From NCBI RefSeq assembly GCF_009914755.1, contig NC_060929.1: DNA of 64,000 nt, one strand, 5' to 3'. Each line of letters opens with the position of its first letter. Positions within the stretch are counted from its first letter, which is position 1. Both the position numbers and the translations under genes were made by a program. Shown one piece after another: positions 1-13,889 of this stretch. Source of the DNA: the human T2T-CHM13v2.0 reference genome, Homo sapiens. Under the pieces are notes generated by a model. It searched no databases, was not told the origin of the DNA, and saw only the letters and a program-made list of their open reading frames with translations.

Positions 1-644
1 TAATTTTTCATGTGTAAAGTTCATGTCTAGACATCTTTTCTTTTCTAGAAGACACATACGTAGAAGATTAAGTTGACTTTTTACTTCCATCAGCAGCTAT
101 CTTGGCAATTGGATTTTAAAATAAATTTCCTAATACTTTTCCCCTAAAAGTAGAGTTCTTAGGAAAAAAAAAATTGAGGATGGTCCTATTTAGATAGGTT
201 CTTGCAAATGTGTTTTGAATTCAATATTATGTGCCCTTCCTAAAAAGGAACTCAAATCACCATCAACAATATATATTTCGTAATCTGCTATGGTGTGAAC
301 ATATTGAAATATATATTTGCTTTGGAAGTAGTGGGAAAAATTGGTCAACTGAATGCAACCCAATAATCATTAATTTTTAATTAAATTTCAGAGACTTGTA
401 ATCTGGAAATCTCTATAAAAAGAACTGGAGGAATGATATGGAATTTGCAAAATTAGGATAATTACAATTTTGAGGCTACATTAAACTCCCATTGAAATTA
501 CTTTTTGGCATATTTCTGAGCTAGATTGCAATGATTTCTTTATTGATTTTAAGTTTACAGTGTAAGACATAAAAATTATGATTGGAAGTTAAGATATAAA
601 TTGGAAAATTTTACTTTTAAAAATGGTGAAATATAAAGTTAAGG

Positions 645-786
645 TTTTTTTCTTTTAAGAAAATAAATAGAAACAGGGGTCTTGCTATGTTGCCCAAGCT
701 GGTCTCAAACTCCTGGCCTCCAATTATCATCCAGCCTTGGCCTACCAAAGTGTTGGAATTAAAGGTGTGAGCCACCATTCCCGGCC
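645..786 (-). mobile_element. Alu left monomer (FLAM/AluJ-type)
   Basis: Reverse-complement Alu monomer (…cttgctatgttgcccaagctggtctcaaactcctgg…gtgagccaccattcccggcc) preceded by a T-rich tail. Confidence 0.85.
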
Positions 787-901
787 ACATTTAAGTATTT
801 GTAAATTAAATTTAAATTAAGTCTGAAAAACGGTAGGTAAAATTGGAATCCCCAAATTAGAAAAGTGCATGGATTTCAGTGTAGATTAAAATCTTACTCA
901 G

Positions 902-1034
902 ATTTTTTTTTAAATACACTTTAAGTTTTAGGGTACATGTGCACAACGTGCAGGTTAGTTACATATGTATACATGTGCCATGTTGGTGTGCTGCACCCAT
1001 TAACTCGTCATCCAACATTAGGTATACCTCCCAA
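902..1034 (-). mobile_element. 5'-truncated young L1PA (L1PA2-4-like) 3' end
   Basis: Poly-T then ttaagttttagggtacatgtgcacaacgtgcaggttagttacatatg…, typical of the L1PA 3' UTR. Candidate TSD AAATCTTACTCA (889-900) / AAATCTTACACA (1033-1044). Confidence 0.9.
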
Positions 1035-2319
1035 ATCTTACACATTCTATGTAGTCACATGCAATAAAAATTGAAAAAGAATCTACTGTATAAATGAGTC
1101 TACGGAACATTGAAAAACAAAAGAAAAAAAAAGTAATTGCTGTGTTTGTACTTAAAATGGTTCATGGAAGTCTTAAGATTATCTTTTTTCTTATAGTACT
1201 TCTCATTTTTGAAAAGACTGCCAGTTACATTTGTCGCTGGTGCTCATTATTGTAGTATGTTTTTGTGATATGTTTATACAGCTGTATAAAAGCAGTATAG
1301 AAAAAAATCAAAGACTCATATTGAAGGGAAACACCTTAAGTATCACATTAACTGCTTAATTGGTTAATAAATGCAACAGATGCAAGTAATGATTAAATGG
1401 CATCTGAATCAAGAATGCTATTGTTAATAATTTAATTAGCCACATTTGTCATCCTGACCACTAATGATTTAAAAGTGAGTTTATGGTTCTCCAGAGCAGT
1501 TGCTGAGACAATGAATCCAGACTGGGTCTTTTTGTTTTTACTAGGCATTTGCTTTTTAAATATCATAGTATTTACAGCAGGGAGTGCTTCCTGGTGTAGT
1601 ATATGGAGAATATAATAGATGATTGCAGGATTAACGGCTAGAAATAATTAAAATGACACTACTAAGCTCTGCCTTTTCAGGGAGAGAACTCCAATTAAGC
1701 CACATTTCCTTTCCATTATCACTCTATTGCCAATTAAAGTCTGATGTATTTTGTCAGTTTTATAAAGATGAAGCTTTTAGTCTTTAATATACTCAAGAAT
1801 TTATATTTTGGCAGGATTATAGAGGGCTCTGTCATTTAACTTTTATATCCCTATAAAAGACTCCACTCAGACCTTCCTTTTCCAACTTTGCAACTTCTCT
1901 CATTGTCACCAAAGATATCAAAAAATGCCTTTTGTTGTCACAGCAATATGATGCTTGTTAACATTTAGCATTTACATTTTCTCAGAATGCAATTATGTAA
2001 CCAAGGAAAATTCAGAATCATTAAAGAGACAGTACATAGCATACCCATAAGATTCTAATTTATATAACCTTTTAGGCATCATGGTTTTGTATAGGAGAAG
2101 AATAAGGCAGAGTTGCCTTTAGGCTACAGTCTTTGAGGCAATGGAAACATAGAAGGATAGCTATATTGTTCGGGGTTGAGATAATTGTTTAATGGTCATC
2201 TGCAATAATGGTAGAACAGCTTTTGGGGGAATATAGACAGTAGGAAAAATATGAAGAGTGATCTCTTTTAGAATTATATGTAGATTTAACCTACTTAATT
2301 GTAGAAAATTGATAGTAGA

Positions 2320-2580
2320 GAGGTAGCATGATGTGTTGGAAAGAGGTGAGTTCTGGTACAAAGCAGTCCTGAGTTTGAATCTCAGTTCTATATCTCAGTC
2401 AATTGGAGTATTAGTCAATTGTTTATTCTCTGCAAGTATCAGCTTCTTCATCTTTTATATGAAGATGATAATACGTAGTTAGGATTTCTTTTCAAGAGTT
2501 AGAGACAATGCTTGGAAAGCACCAATCATTGTGTGGAATAAATATTCAGATATTTGGTCAGTGCAAATTGTTATTGTTGG
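2320..2580 (+). mobile_element. MIR SINE
   Basis: cctgagtttgaatctcagttct…cagcttcttcatcttttatatgaagatgataata, the MIR core pattern. Confidence 0.7.
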
Positions 2581-3214
2581 GGTTATGGTTGTCATTCTGT
2601 GGTTTTATTACCTGAGTTATTCCCAGTCTCACATGCCCCTATTGTTCCCACCCTCGTTCCTAGAGAAGCAAGCCATATGGGTTCTCAGAAAGACATTTGT
2701 ATTGGCTTTCATATAAAATGATAAGCTACTCATTAAGAAGGCTCTTGAAAAAAGATAAGCATTATAAAACCAGATAAATGGTTATTTACATCACGGTTTT
2801 CCTTTTTCTTTGATTTCTTCCTCTCCCTTAGTCATTGATGTAGATAATAAAAAACTGTGAAAGACAAAATAGAGCACATCAGTTCCATTATTCATTCAGC
2901 TTTAAAGAGATTGATAGTGGAGGTGAAATCTATATGTTGCCTTAATGTTGGAAAATGAATGATTTTATCCTTGTGTTAATAAAATGGATACAAATCTTTG
3001 AAACTATATATGTCTGGTCTTTTTTGTTGTTGTTATTTTTGTTTTTCTTATTATTGTTCTGCAACTAAAACCTTAGTACCTAAAAGTCAGTGGCAGAATA
3101 TTGTATTTAAGCACACCACACATATTGGATATTAGGTCACTGGTAAATCTTGAAAATGGTCCTGTTGCTACAGAATATTCATTCATTTATTCCCATTAGC
3201 ACATAAACATTTTC

Positions 3215-4690
3215 ATTAACTCCCTTATTTAAAGAGAAACTTTTTCTTGAACCCACAGTTTCCTCCAGCCACTTCTATCTGTATGTCTCTTTAGAACAAG
3301 GTTCATCAGAAAAGGTGGTCAATAAATTAACTTCACCTTTCCCTCTTATTGTTCTTTCCTATCTAATTATCTTTTGGCTGTACATCTCCACCAAAATGGC
3401 TCTTATAAACATCACCAATGACCTCCATGTTGCCAAATTAAATGTTGTTTCGTAGTTTTCACCTTACTTGACTTATTAAGTTCATTTGACATAGTGATCA
3501 CTCTCTCCGACTTAAAAATTCTTTCTTCACATAGCCTTCAGGATATCAGTCTCCCTATATTCATTTTACCAGCCATGTCTTTTATGTCCCCTTTATGGGT
3601 TTCTCTGCATCTTCCTAAATAAGGGCTCAGTCCCGGGGCTTCATCTCTTTTCTGTTTCTACTCCTTTCCTGGGTAATCTCTTCTAGGATTGCTGCTGACT
3701 CTCCAACGAACATCCATCCTGGAAATCTCTTTGTTTACACAACTGCTTAATTGATGTCACTTGAATACTATTAGATATTCAATTCTACATTCTATGCTTC
3801 TCCCATGCTTTCTCCTTCTTTTGCAGTATTCACCCTTTTAGAAATGGGAATTCCATCCTTCTAGTTACTCAGATCAGAAAACTTAGAGACAACCTTGATT
3901 TTTGTCTCTCACACCTCTCACCCTATCTATCAGTAAATTCTGTTCATCCTACCTTCAAAATATATGCAGAATCTGACCTCTTCTTGCTATTTGGAGTCAG
4001 GTGTAAACCACCATCATCTCTTGCCCTGTGTATTGCAGTAAGCTAACTGGTCTCTCTGCTTCCACAGCTGCTGCTATGCTCTACTTTTAAACACAAGTCA
4101 GGTTAGGTGCTTTCCTCATACACTCCTTCTTCTGCCCTCATGGAGTGGAGTATCTAAAGGCCTTACAGTGCTTCCAGGACCCCAGATGATCTGCAGCTCC
4201 CACTCGCCCCCCATCTCTCTGACCTAATTTCCTCTCCCTTGCTTACTCTGCTCCAGCCTCACTAGCTTCCTTGTTATCCTTCAAATAAGCCAAGCAGCCA
4301 AGCACTTCACCACCTGAAGGCCATACCAATATGCTCTTCCCATTGCCTGTAACTTCCTTTCCTCAAAACTCATTTTGCTCACTGCTTCATTCTTTCATGT
4401 CTCTATTCAAATGTCGTCTTCTCTTTGAGGCTCTCCCTGACACCCTATAAGATAACATCACACCCCAACTTAACACATTCTATTCCTCTTGTTTTGATTT
4501 CTTTCTTGTCCAAGAAACTTATTCCCATTTTATATATATTAATTATTTATTCTTTAGTTTTCTGCCCACTCCATTAATAAGTTCTTGGCGAGCTTAGGCT
4601 TTATCTGCATGAACATATCCTGGTGCCTAGAACAGAGTCTGGTAAGTAATAAGCCTTCAAATGTTTCTTGCATGAATAAATGATTAAATA
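3215..4690 (+). mobile_element. L2 (L2a-like) 3' portion
   Basis: catcaccaatgacctccatgttgccaaa…tcatttgacatagtgatcactc (L2 RT region), ending in the L2 tail gtgcctagaacagagtctgg…tgaataaatga. Confidence 0.85.
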
Positions 4691-4764
4691 AAGCGTAGAT
4701 TGCTGTAATCACTTAAAGACAGGACATAATCCAAATTTAGGGGATCTGGAAAGATTTTTTTTTA

Positions 4765-5290
4765 AGTGACTTCTAAGCTGAGACCTGAAATATGAGTAGG
4801 TGTTAACCAGCTGAGAAGAAGGAAAAAAGTGCTTCAGGTGGAGGAAAATGACTATGTTAGAAAGAATGGCATGTTTGAAAAGTTAAAGTAGTTGATTGCA
4901 ACCGGTGTGTAATTTATATTTGGGACAGGGTGTATGGGTGGGAAGTGGCAATGGATATGACATAAGTACAGCATGACTTGCCAAAAAGGCTTTATATACC
5001 ATGCTAATAACTTTGGAATTTTATCTGAGGAAAATAGCTGCCCCTCAAGGGTTTCAAAGAGAGAAGTGACATACATTTTAGAAAGATCACACCAGCTGCC
5101 ACACATAAAATTGATATGAGAGAGGGAAGCGAAGGAGGGACGACTAGTTAAGGAGACAATTATAGAAATCTAGGTGACTGCCTAAACTGGGAAGTAGCTG
5201 TGGAGTTGGAGAGTAGTGGGTGAAGTCCGAAATATTTGGGAACTGGTAACTGGTTGGATGGGGGATAAAGAAAATGGAGGGATCCAGAAT
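4765..5290 (-). mobile_element. L2 fragment
   Basis: aagctgagacctgaa…ttttagaaagatcac…, purine-rich antisense L2 3' region. Confidence 0.7.
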
Positions 5291-5582
5291 GTTTTATAAT
5301 AACTAAATGGCATATTTATATTTAAGCAGATAAAATTGTGGAATTCCCAACGTATCTTTGCATGTCTGAATTTCCTGAGATAAATGTAAAATATGTTCTT
5401 GCATTAGTCTTGGCATATTTTCCTAATAGAAATTTATAAAATTATGAAGGACTATTTCATTATAAAGCATTGATGAATTATGATTTATTTAGAATAAAAC
5501 CCACCAAAATTTACTAAGCCCTTGATTTGTGCTAAGTGTGGTGTTATTAAACTACAAAGATCATAAAACCTTATGTTTTTTC

Positions 5583-6446
<864 letters not shown>

Positions 6447-6634
6447 GGAAATCATTAATGAATTTAAATGATAAAATAGTTGTACATTGGATCACTCCTT
6501 TCTTAAAGATTTTAGAATTGCAGAATATAACATGGATCTAGTAAGTGCTATCATATTCCTGATTTGGCTAAGAGTGTGTTTCTGGAATTTGAAAAAAACC
6601 CCAACAACCCCGGTGTTACTTTAGTAATGGCAGG

Positions 6635-6870
6635 TGTCATTTATTGAGCTCTATGTGTTAAGCATTGTGCTGAGCACTTCACATGAATATTATTCATTTA
6701 ATGTTTATTACAATTCCATGAAGGGAAAAAACTATTACTATCCTATTTTTGTGAGTGAAGAAACCGAGGCCCCGAAAGGCTAGGTAACTTGCCTAATGTT
6801 ACACAATAACCAAATGGTAGATCACAGCCGAATTTTCAGTTTTCTGTTTCTCCAAAGCCTGTGTTCTTAC
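6635..6870 (-). mobile_element. MIR SINE
   Basis: atttattgagc…gtgctgagcacttcacatg…gaagaaaccgaggc…taacttgcctaatgttacac. Confidence 0.8.
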
Positions 6871-7834
6871 ATTGAGTCTATTGCCTTTCTGTCTGTGTGA
6901 TTTCCAGGCTTTTTCAGAAAACTTGAAAATATGAATTTGCTGACAGCTCTTAAGAAAAGTTTGGAACTTTGCACACATCCATCAGATTTTATAATAAGTG
7001 TCCTCTTAATGTTTCTAATTATAACTCATCTCACAATTGTGCTCAATAATATATTTTCATTGAATTTTGTGCCCTTCACAGATTTATGAGTTCATATCAG
7101 CTTCCTCAATTGCTGCATAGCTAAGCAATACTAATTTTATTCCTTTAATTTGACAAATGCGTAATGTGGAAATCAGCAATGGTGTGGGGATCCTTAATTT
7201 ACCATATTCCCTCTGTTCATTCTTTTAAGTCTCCAACTCTTACATTTTCATTGCATTTAATATGCATCATAAAAGTGTCACTTTGGCTAGTTCATTACAT
7301 ATGCTTTTTGATTGCAGTTAGAGCCTTTGGAGCTGCTATTAGGCACAGTGGAAATAATTAAGAGCTTCGGTCCATGCTGATTTTAGAACAAATAACTGCA
7401 GTCAGTTAGGTTCTTAAATAACTTAATTACTGTAAATCAGTGTAGTAATATATACTCTATAGCAATGGAGTGAGTGGATAACAACTGTCCACTCAGCACT
7501 CCGTGGGAAGGAATAAATTAATGTCTTTTACAGATCAGAGCTGATAAACATAAACTTTTGATGTGTCTAAAATTTTAAAAAGAAATATAGTAGTGTTATT
7601 GGAAAACATTAAAGGAAATTGTTAAAATTCATTTTTGATCATTCAAAGTTGCTAGATAATATTGATAATATTGGTGAACTGTAAGCGACAAATAGCTTCT
7701 ATAATCATAAAAGTACCTTGAGGTTTTTTATATTCATTTATTTAAAGCATTTCTTTTTCAAAAACCAGGCATATAACAAATTTAGACAAAGGAAACTGCA
7801 AGCATTTCTACCGAATAAACAAAATTTTAAGAAT

Positions 7835-8700
7835 AGATTGGGAGATACATTTGCATACATATAAATGGTAAATGAACAATAGCCATAAAATACAAACTGT
7901 TCCTACAAAATGATAAAAAAGCATTAATGATACCATGGAAAATGGAAAATAAATATAAAAACACAATTCATACAAAAGAAAATTACCAGTAAATTTATAC
8001 TCAGTCTCACTGTGTTCAGGGAAATGAAAATTAAAGTAACAGTGAGCTCTTGTTTTCATCTCCTTCAGATTGGCAGATAGTAAAATTAGTGATAATTCTT
8101 TCTGCTGGTGTAAATGTTAGGGGAAGTGTACACTCACATAATTGTAGAAACATGAATTGTTATAGACTTTAAACAAGCAATTCAGCAGGATCTGTAAAAC
8201 TTAAATATATACCTAATCTTCAACCCAGTGATACAACCCTTGGGAATCTATCCTAAATAAGTTATCTCTCTACCATTTAAAGATGTGTCTAGTGCTATGT
8301 AGCTGGTGATAGCAACTAATTAAAAATGAAATTAATGCCAATTAAGGAGGAGATGACTAAATAAATTGCAGTACCTCAATTACACAGAATGTTAGGCATC
8401 CATTAGAAGGAGTGGGTTAGAGTTTTACTTGTAGACTAGGATAAACTTTTACCATGCTTTGTTATGTAGGAAGTGCAAGTTGCGGAAAAGTAAGCAATGT
8501 CAAAAAGCCCTTTGATTTTATTAGATATGCTTGTAAAATATGAAAATAAACACATAGAATTATTAGCATTAGTTATCAATATGTGTTGGTCAGGCAAAGA
8601 AAAGAAGGGAGAGGCCAAAAATAAGACTATAAGACATAGAAACTTCAAAAATTAAAAAAAGTACATTATATACAATTCAATGTATGAAAATGCAAAAGTA
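7835..8700 (+). mobile_element. old L1ME-type 3' region
   Basis: cagggaaatgaaaattaaagtaacagtgag…cagattggca…cttgggaatctatcctaa, decayed ORF2 C-terminus and 3' UTR. Confidence 0.65.
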
Positions 8701-8765
8701 TAACCATATGTGTGTAAATGTGTATATACATGTGAAAAGGGGGAGAGTTTTAAAATTATTGTCAC

Positions 8766-9133
8766 TGTTATGGACTGAATTTTATACTCCCAAAATTCAT
8801 ACAATGAAGCCCTAATCCTTGATGTGACTGTGGCTGAAAATAGAATCTTTAAAAAGGTTACTAAGGTGAAATAAGGTCACAGGGTAAGGCCTGAATCCAA
8901 TATGACTAGTAAGAAGAGAGACACCAGGAATATGTGTGTACAGGGAAAAGACCACGTGATGATACAGAGAGAAGGTGGCCATGCAAGTCAAGGAGAAAGG
9001 CCTCAGGAGAAGCCAAACCTCTGGACCCCTTGATCTTAGACTTCCAGCCTCCAGAACTGTGAGAAATAAGTTGATGTTGGTTAAGCCACCTGATTTGCAG
9101 TATTTTGTTATGGCAGTCCTAGCAAACTAATAT
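8766..9133 (+). mobile_element. MaLR solo LTR (MLT1A/B-like)
   Basis: Starts tgttatggactgaa, contains cttccagcctccagaactgtgagaaataa, ends ttgttatggcagtcctagcaaactaata. Confidence 0.9.
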
Positions 9134-9339
9134 TGTTATCAAAATAATGTGAGTCACCTCAGCATTTCAGGTGACTTGGTACTTTTTTCCTTAGATGTGT
9201 GCACGCTATATGATCTCTTTTTCAACAAGAATAAATTATTTACAGTCATCATTTTAAAAATATTTTAAGTGATATAAAAAGAAAATGAATGGAAGGTAAT
9301 AGGCACTGGAAATGAAAGGTCATGTAAGTTTAGGACCAG

Positions 9340-9680
9340 GTTCAGCACAACGGAAAACTAAAGTCATGTATCTTATTGTAGCAGAGAGGAGCAGTGACAC
9401 CCCAAGGAAATATATAAATAGGTGTACAAGAGTGAGATGACAGGACAACTGGTCAGAGAGAAGCAGAGATGAAGACTCAATAACCCTGGAGGAAATAAAA
9501 TAACTTGTTGACTCCTTGTGGATTGGCAATGCCTTATTGCTATTTTTAGATTTTCATAAGATTTCTCATATATTTCCAAGACATTCCTTTTCTGATCCTT
9601 CTGATAACTTGAGTTGACTCTCGATGCCTTGGATTCCAGTGTCTTCTAGAAAAATATTCAAGACTTATCTATGTTCAGTG
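9340..9680 (+). mobile_element. possible CR1/L3-type LINE RT fossil
   Basis: Frame from 9525 reads GNALLLFLDFHK, resembling CR1 RT 'GNAVDxxYLDFSK'. Upstream aagtcatgt (KSC) and downstream WI fit the order of RT motifs. Confidence 0.35.
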
Positions 9681-10039
9681 GCAGAGAAATCTGATTATCA
9701 TTGCTCAAAAAGTTTGGTAGACTTGAGAACCTGGATTGTAGAGCATCGAAAGTGTTTCCAAACCAAGGCCTCTCAGTTCTCTGAAATCTTCATATTAAAG
9801 ATCTGTACCTTCACTACCACATGGCCACTGTAGGAATCTATCATTATCACCTTCTATTTGGCCTTGAGCTTGTGGTACAACCAAGGAGGTAGTGACCATC
9901 TTAATTGAAAGATAAAGTCAATTTTTATTTTAAAAAAGATTTACTTGAGAAAAGATTTCAGAGCTGATGTTTTCTGTCAAATTTGCAAAATAACTACATT
10001 CAGCATATTCAGGGTTTCTTTGATAGACTACAATGAATC

Positions 10040-10500
10040 AATCAAAGCCTCAGTGGCTTGCTGTCACTGTTATCTAGTTTGTCTCTTAACATCTCTCCTG
10101 GTTCCTGCCTCTTTATCACTAATATATCTTTGCAGTCTCTACTAATCTGAAGCAACTTCCTCAAGGTTTTTCCTGCCAAAGACTCTAAATGGCTCATAGT
10201 CTTTGGTGTCACATAATGGGTTTGTCATTTTGTGTTTATCTTATCCATTAGTTCTCCCAACAACTGCTGATGAAATTGTGTCACACTTTGCTATTCCCTT
10301 CACATGCCATTAACATTTTGCCTCTACGTATTTTCGTGTGTTGTTTAATCCACAGAAGTCTCTTTCCCTCCTATCCTTTATATACATAAATTATTCCCTG
10401 CTTTAGGGTCAGCTTTATGTCTTTTTCTCGCCCTGTAGCATTTTCTGATCACTCAACATCATATTTAAGCCACTCTCCCTTTAATGTTCTCAAGTACTCA
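10040..10500 (+). mobile_element. degraded L2 fragment
   Basis: gtctcttaacatctctcctggttcctgcctct…cattttctgatcactc, pyrimidine-rich and L2-like. Confidence 0.4.
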
Positions 10501-11461
10501 GTGTTTATTCACACAGTACAGTCAGATATTTGGTTGTGAAAATAATAGAATCCCATTTATAAGACTGTTGGCGGGGTGGGGGAAACACCTTTAAGTCTTG
10601 ATAAAGGGTCCCCATGCAGACCTATAGTCGCTATTTATTGGTCTCAAAACCACAGCTTTTGACATATTTGAGTAGTCACACAAATAGGCTACCAAAATCC
10701 TCCAATTCTGTGCTAGAAAGAAGGGAAATGATGATATTCTGACTGCAAACATCTCTTATATTAGATCCTTAAGATGGCTTTGTTATCATATTTTCTTTTT
10801 AACAAGACTGTGCCCTCAGGGACATATCATGATTGCATATTACATTGGAATCCATAAATACTTAAAATGTCCCTTTTTATTTGACCGTCTTAGGGGTAAG
10901 AGTGCATGTAGAGTTAATTACCTCCCTTCCCTGAAACCCAGCTCTTAAATATAAAATCTGAAAAACAGGGAGGGATTTCTATCCTAATAAAACTAGATAA
11001 CTGAATCTTAGAGTTTGTGACAAAATTTTGCCAGATACAGAAACATGCCTCAAATTGAAAAGGAGACTGAAAACTGATTATAAGGCTTCAGTTTTCTAGT
11101 ACACACATGTTTCTCTGAATATAACTGATAGTGTCCTGAAGGGAGAAGGAAACTGGGAATATGTTAGACAGCTTTGAAGATATATGTGAAAACAAATGAA
11201 CAAATATAAATGATCCCGTATGTCTGAACTTGCTAACTGCAGGACTTTCCTGTGAGCTATGGGACCACCTACAGATTAGGCAAAGATACATGTAAGTCAT
11301 ATATGACTGTGTATATGAGTCTATGTGCATAGAGCCTATGCAATAACCAAGAGTACACACCTGAAACAGTTATTGACTATTTAGTACAAACCATGTGCAC
11401 ACATGCATAAATATATTTAACAAAACCCCAGAAAACAATTTTGTCTTCTGTGTATGATAGG

Positions 11462-11506
11462 GTGTGTGTGTGTGTGTATGTGTGTGTGTGCACACACACG
11501 TGTGTA
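11462..11506. repeat. (TG)n-(CA)n compound microsatellite
   Basis: gtgtgtgtgtgtgtgtatgtgtgtgtgtgcacacacacgtgtgta. Confidence 0.95.
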
Positions 11507-12171
11507 TAGTGTTGTTGAAGTAGGGAGGGAGGAGGCAACTGGGGAGGCAAGAGTTGAGGAATTGCTGACTACCTCTTTAAAAAACATACAATAGAAGTCC
11601 ATCACTGCTGAGGTGGTCTGGGAATCAGCATTATGAGTATAGATTCTGGTCTCTTTACAAAAAAGTAGTGAACCCATTTCTGAAATATGTTTTATTTGAG
11701 AAACAGTGTCTTTTGTGGTTCTGATATAAAGTGTGACTTAAGCTTACAGCTATGATGTTAAATTCCATGGAATTTTTCCACAGGAGCTTCTTGAGGAAAG
11801 CATGTCCCTCAAGAATTTTTTTGCTCAAGAGCCCAAAATGGCCCCTAGTTCCCCTTAATGGCAAATGCCCCTCAATAAGCTTATGCGATAGAAGCAGACA
11901 GACATGCACTTGTCAAGGCCCACTTTGAGGTACAAAATTTAGGCTGCTTTGAGGAACAGTTACTGAAGCTAATGGACATCTTATGAGTTTGCTCAAGACC
12001 ACGTAGAAACTTTTTAGACTTAGCAGAACTCTTGCCTTTCTTTCAATTAAAATGAGGTATAGTTCAGCGGTCTTGTTTGAAGATGTTTGTAGGTAATATA
12101 TATTTACATTATATTTTGCACATATATAGTGTATATATTTTAATATTGAACATATATAACCTGTGCTAGCC

Positions 12172-12424
12172 GGCTGGGTGTGGTGGCTCAAGCCTGTAAT
12201 CCCAGCACTTTGGGAGGCCGAGGCAGGCAGATAACGAAGTCGAGATCAAGACCATCCTGGCCAACATGGTGAAACCCCATCTCTACTAAAAATACAAAAA
12301 TTGGCAGGGCATGGTGGCGTGTGTCTGTAATCCCAGCTACTTGGGAGGCTGAGGCAGGAGAATAGCTCCGCCTCCGGGAGGCGGAGGTTGCAGTGAGCCC
12401 AGATCGCGCCACTGCACTCTAGCC
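12172..12424 (+). mobile_element. AluS (Sc-like), 3'-truncated, no poly-A
   Basis: ggctgggtgtggtggctca…tactaaaaatacaaaaatt…actgcactctagcc, then non-Alu sequence. Confidence 0.92.
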
Positions 12425-12974
12425 GAACAATTTAAATTGCCTTACCATTTCTTCTTTTTGAATTTCCTGCCTCCTTCCCCAGACTTCTTTTGCCTCTTTT
12501 AATATAAATCAGTATATAATCAGGCATAAGAACCACTGGCTTAGATATTCTAAGACAGTGATACCTTTCTGTTGGTTAGGTTGAAGAATAACGGAGATTG
12601 TTTTGTGCCAATATGGTGCTTACATATATCACCTTTTAACAAGATCCAGAAGAATGTGTGAAGTGAATGTCCAGCTATGCATTTTTAAGATGGGATCTAA
12701 AGTCTGTGATTCCAAACTCTCTCATCACACTCACTCAGACTTTCAAAAAAAAAAAAAGCTCCATTTATTTTTCAAACAACATAAAGCTTTCAGCAGTACA
12801 TGAAATAAAACACAACAGATTTTTACTCAAAGGTTGCAGATGCTGTGTGTATTTTTTTAGGTGTTCTTTTTTATTTCAATTTGTAAAAGCTCAACAGTAA
12901 CTTAAAATCATTTCTTTTGTAAGTATCTTACCATATGGTGATTGGAAGAAGATAAGTTTGTCATAATTTAAATG

Positions 12975-13880
12975 TATTTATTTATTCATTCAATGATATG
13001 TTTTAAGCGCTATGTATCATCCAGGTTTAGGAACAAGTACTAAGGATAGAGTGATAAACACGACAGGCATATAGTTTATTGGTGTATAGAGCTACTGAAC
13101 AAGAAATTATGAATGCAATGAGAAATGAGTACTATAAACGTCCCATGGAAACATAGAGGAGTGGATTATGACCTGATCTGGATTTCCAGGGAGAGCTCGT
13201 TTGAGTAGTAGTTTGATACTTGTATTAGTTTCCTATTGCTGCTGTGACAAATTCCCACAAACTCAGTGTCTTAAAACAAAATAAATCTGTTAATCTTATA
13301 GTTCTGGAGGTCAGAGTGTTCAAAATAGGGCTTAGGGGGCTAAAATCAAAGTATCAGCAGAGCTGCATTCATTTCTGAAGGCTCTAGGGAAGAGAATGCA
13401 TTTTCTTGCCTTTCCTAGTGTCTAGAGAGTTCTTGTGATTCCTTGGCTCCTTTTCCCCTTCTGTCTTCAAAGACAGCAGTGGCTGCTTGAGTCTGTCTCA
13501 CACTGCATCACTCTGACTCTGTCTCTTCCGCCTTTCTGTTTTACATTTATAGGATCCTGGTGATTACACTGGGCTCGCCTCTATAATCCAGGATAAACTC
13601 CTTATCTTAATGTCAGCTGATTAGCAACCTTCATTCCTTTTGCTGTGTAACATAACATATTCACAGCTTCTAGGGATTAGGAAGGACATGGACATCTTTG
13701 AGGTGGGGGTACTGTCATTTTTTTTTTTTTTCCCAAATACTTGAAGAATGAATAGGGATTATTTGGACAAAAGAACATGAAGAGGATTTTAGCTTGAGAG
13801 AACAATATGCATGAAGGTCCTGAAGTGAGAGGGACCATGCCACACACAATGAGAACCCCTGTGGCAAAGCCTGACAGAAT
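12975..13880 (-). mobile_element. L2 3' end split by an MLT1 LTR
   Basis: tttattcattcaa…gtactaaggatagagtgataaaca before the LTR; cttgaagaatgaataggg…aaggtcctgaagtgaga after it. Confidence 0.6.
13222..13715 (-). mobile_element. MaLR solo LTR (MLT1D-like)
   Basis: tgtattagtttcctattgctgctgtgacaaatt…gttctggaggtcag…cacagcttctagggattagg…catctttg. Confidence 0.9.
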
Positions 13881-13889
13881 AAGGAGGTA

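Noticed and set aside
4400-5290. Tail-to-tail L2 pair as a miR-28/151-like hairpin
   Set aside because: The minus copy lacks the L2 terminus, so complementary parts are hundreds of bp apart and highly diverged.
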